Below are positions 36,453-37,210 of a stretch of 37,210 nt of DNA, one piece after another. Location: contig JAAXQI010000085.1 in assembly GCA_012974315.1 (NCBI GenBank), forward strand, positions 1-37,210, written 5' to 3'. The translations under genes and the position numbers were made by a program. Below the pieces are notes generated by a model that was not told the DNA's origin, did not search any database, and worked only from the letters and a program-made list of their open reading frames with translations. The number at the start of each line of letters is the position of its first letter. The stretch's first letter is position 1. The stretch comes from Desulfobacterales bacterium. GTDB lineage: Bacteria; Desulfobacterota; Desulfobulbia; Desulfobulbales; BM004.

Positions 36453-36971
36453 GTGAATGCCAAGCTTGAATCAAGGGATCTTATACCTATAGGTATTGCT
36501 GCCTTTGTAGTCATTATTGATCAGTTTACCAAACTGTGGATAATGAATAATTTGGGGCTCTATGAGCAGCAGAATGTTATTCCCGGTCTTTTTGATCTGG
36601 TTTACGTGACCAATACTGGAGCAGCCTTTGGTTTTCTGGCAGGGAGCAAAAGCGGGCTGCGGCAACTGTTTTTTGTTGGAGTGGCCACAGTGGCACTGGT
36701 TATTATTGTTTATGCTTATGGACACCTGAAAAAGCAAGGCAAAATATTTGTATATTCCCTGGGGTTAATTGCAGGGGGAGCCATAGGCAATCTGATAGAT
36801 AGGGTACGTTTCGGTTCTGTAGTAGACTTTCTGGATTTCTATCTGGGAAGCCATCACTGGCCGGCATTTAATGCAGCAGATTCTGCAATAACAGTCGGTG
36901 TCGGATTGTTTATGCTTGGCACGTTGCTGCAGCATTTGGAAGAGAAGAAAAGATCAGATACTGGATGCTAG
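36453..36971 (+). CDS. lspA: Lipoprotein signal peptidase (signal peptidase II)
   Basis: Conserved NTGAAFGFL, GGAIGNLIDR, VVDFLDF and FNAADSAI. Conserved ileS-lspA linkage. GTG start at 36453. Confidence 0.9.
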   Translation: MNAKLESRDLIPIGIAAFVVIIDQFTKLWIMNNLGLYEQQNVIPGLFDLVYVTNTGAAFGFLAGSKSGLRQLFFVGVATVALVIIVYAYGHLKKQGKIFVYSLGLIAGGAIGNLIDRVRFGSVVDFLDFYLGSHHWPAFNAADSAITVGVGLFMLGTLLQHLEEKKRSDTGC

Positions 36972-37070
36972 TTGCTGGATACTGGATAAAAAACTAGGGG
37001 CACAGGACGCAAGGCTCAGGGCGCAGGGCAAAGACATGATACTAAATACTGGATATTTGATAAAAAAGTG
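36957..37070. repeat. Composite array of 7-nt tandem repeats that overlaps the lspA stop codon
   Basis: GATACTG GATGCTA GTTGCTG GATACTG GATAAAA, then (AACTAGG) GCACAGG ACGCAAG GCTCAGG GCGCAGG GCAAAGA, then ATGATAC TAAATAC TGGATAT TTGATAA. Same unit families as at 27290-27571. Confidence 0.8.
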
Positions 37071-37210
37071 TTGACTTAAATATCCTTCGATTTAAATCTT
37101 TTTCAGTAATTGGCTCAATTTCTTTTTGTGTCATATTATTAATAAACTCCTCAGCTTCATCACCATGTAAAACATTATTTTCATCTAGAGCTTTTTCATA
37201 ACCTTTCTTG
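37042..37210 (-). CDS. 3' end of a hypothetical ORF entering from the right edge (AT-rich, unassigned)
   Basis: The - strand frame is open from the window edge to TAG (37042-37044): KKGYEKALDENNVLHGDEAEEFINNMTQKEIEPITEKDLNRRIFKSTLFYQISSI*. The last ~10 codons lie in the heptamer-repeat region. No recognisable family. Confidence 0.25.
   Translation of the reverse strand, partial: KKGYEKALDENNVLHGDEAEEFINNMTQKEIEPITEKDLNRRIFKSTLFYQISSI

Noticed and set aside
36535-36543. Perfect DnaA box TGTGGATAA as a hint of a replication origin
   Set aside because: It is a single box inside the lspA coding sequence, with no cluster of boxes, no AT-rich unwinding element and no dnaA/dnaN context.

Overview
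Core-chromosome window, moderately AT-rich by eye. Gene content suggests a Desulfobacterota-like (deltaproteobacterial) organism: a CooC-type ATPase, an apparent selenoprotein, and delta-style division-cluster order. This taxonomy is inference only. No prophage, defence island, CRISPR array, tRNA or rRNA gene was seen.

Layout, left to right:
- + strand: a DsbA-like thiol oxidoreductase interrupted by an in-frame TGA, then phoH, then a ybeY-pdxJ fusion.
- - strand: an orphan histidine kinase and a B12/radical-SAM gene.
- - strand, 6849-23573: a complete dcw division/cell-wall cluster, mraZ-rsmH-ftsL-(small ACP-like ORF)-ftsI-like-murE::murF-mraY-murD-murG-murC-murB-ftsQ-ftsA-ftsZ. It has a good sigma70-like promoter and a 10-bp-periodic MraZ-box array upstream.
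- - strand: an RNase II/R-family gene.
- + strand: era.
- - strand: ftsE-ftsX-envC-like-ctpA and a CooC-family ATPase.
- + strand: ileS-lspA.

Most notable observations:
1. The dcw cluster looks remodelled. The FtsI homologue keeps the class-B PBP scaffold but seems to have lost all three transpeptidase motifs (SxxK reads ELAL). ftsW is missing from its conserved murD/murG slot. A 66-aa acyl-carrier-protein-like ORF with a DSL motif and a strong RBS sits between ftsL and ftsI. murE and murF are fused.
2. The DsbA-like gene has TGA exactly at the first Cys of the CPYC redox motif, so it is a likely UxxC selenoprotein.
3. A roughly 108-bp tandem repeat with a 59-bp perfectly identical, highly structured core lies in the divergent RNase II / era intergenic region.
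4. Arrays of 7-nt tandem repeats (GCNCARG and CTGATA types) occupy two 3' intergenic regions, one pair flanking a roughly 115-nt inverted-repeat element.

All calls rest on reading the sequence and ORF translations by eye. No searches were run.
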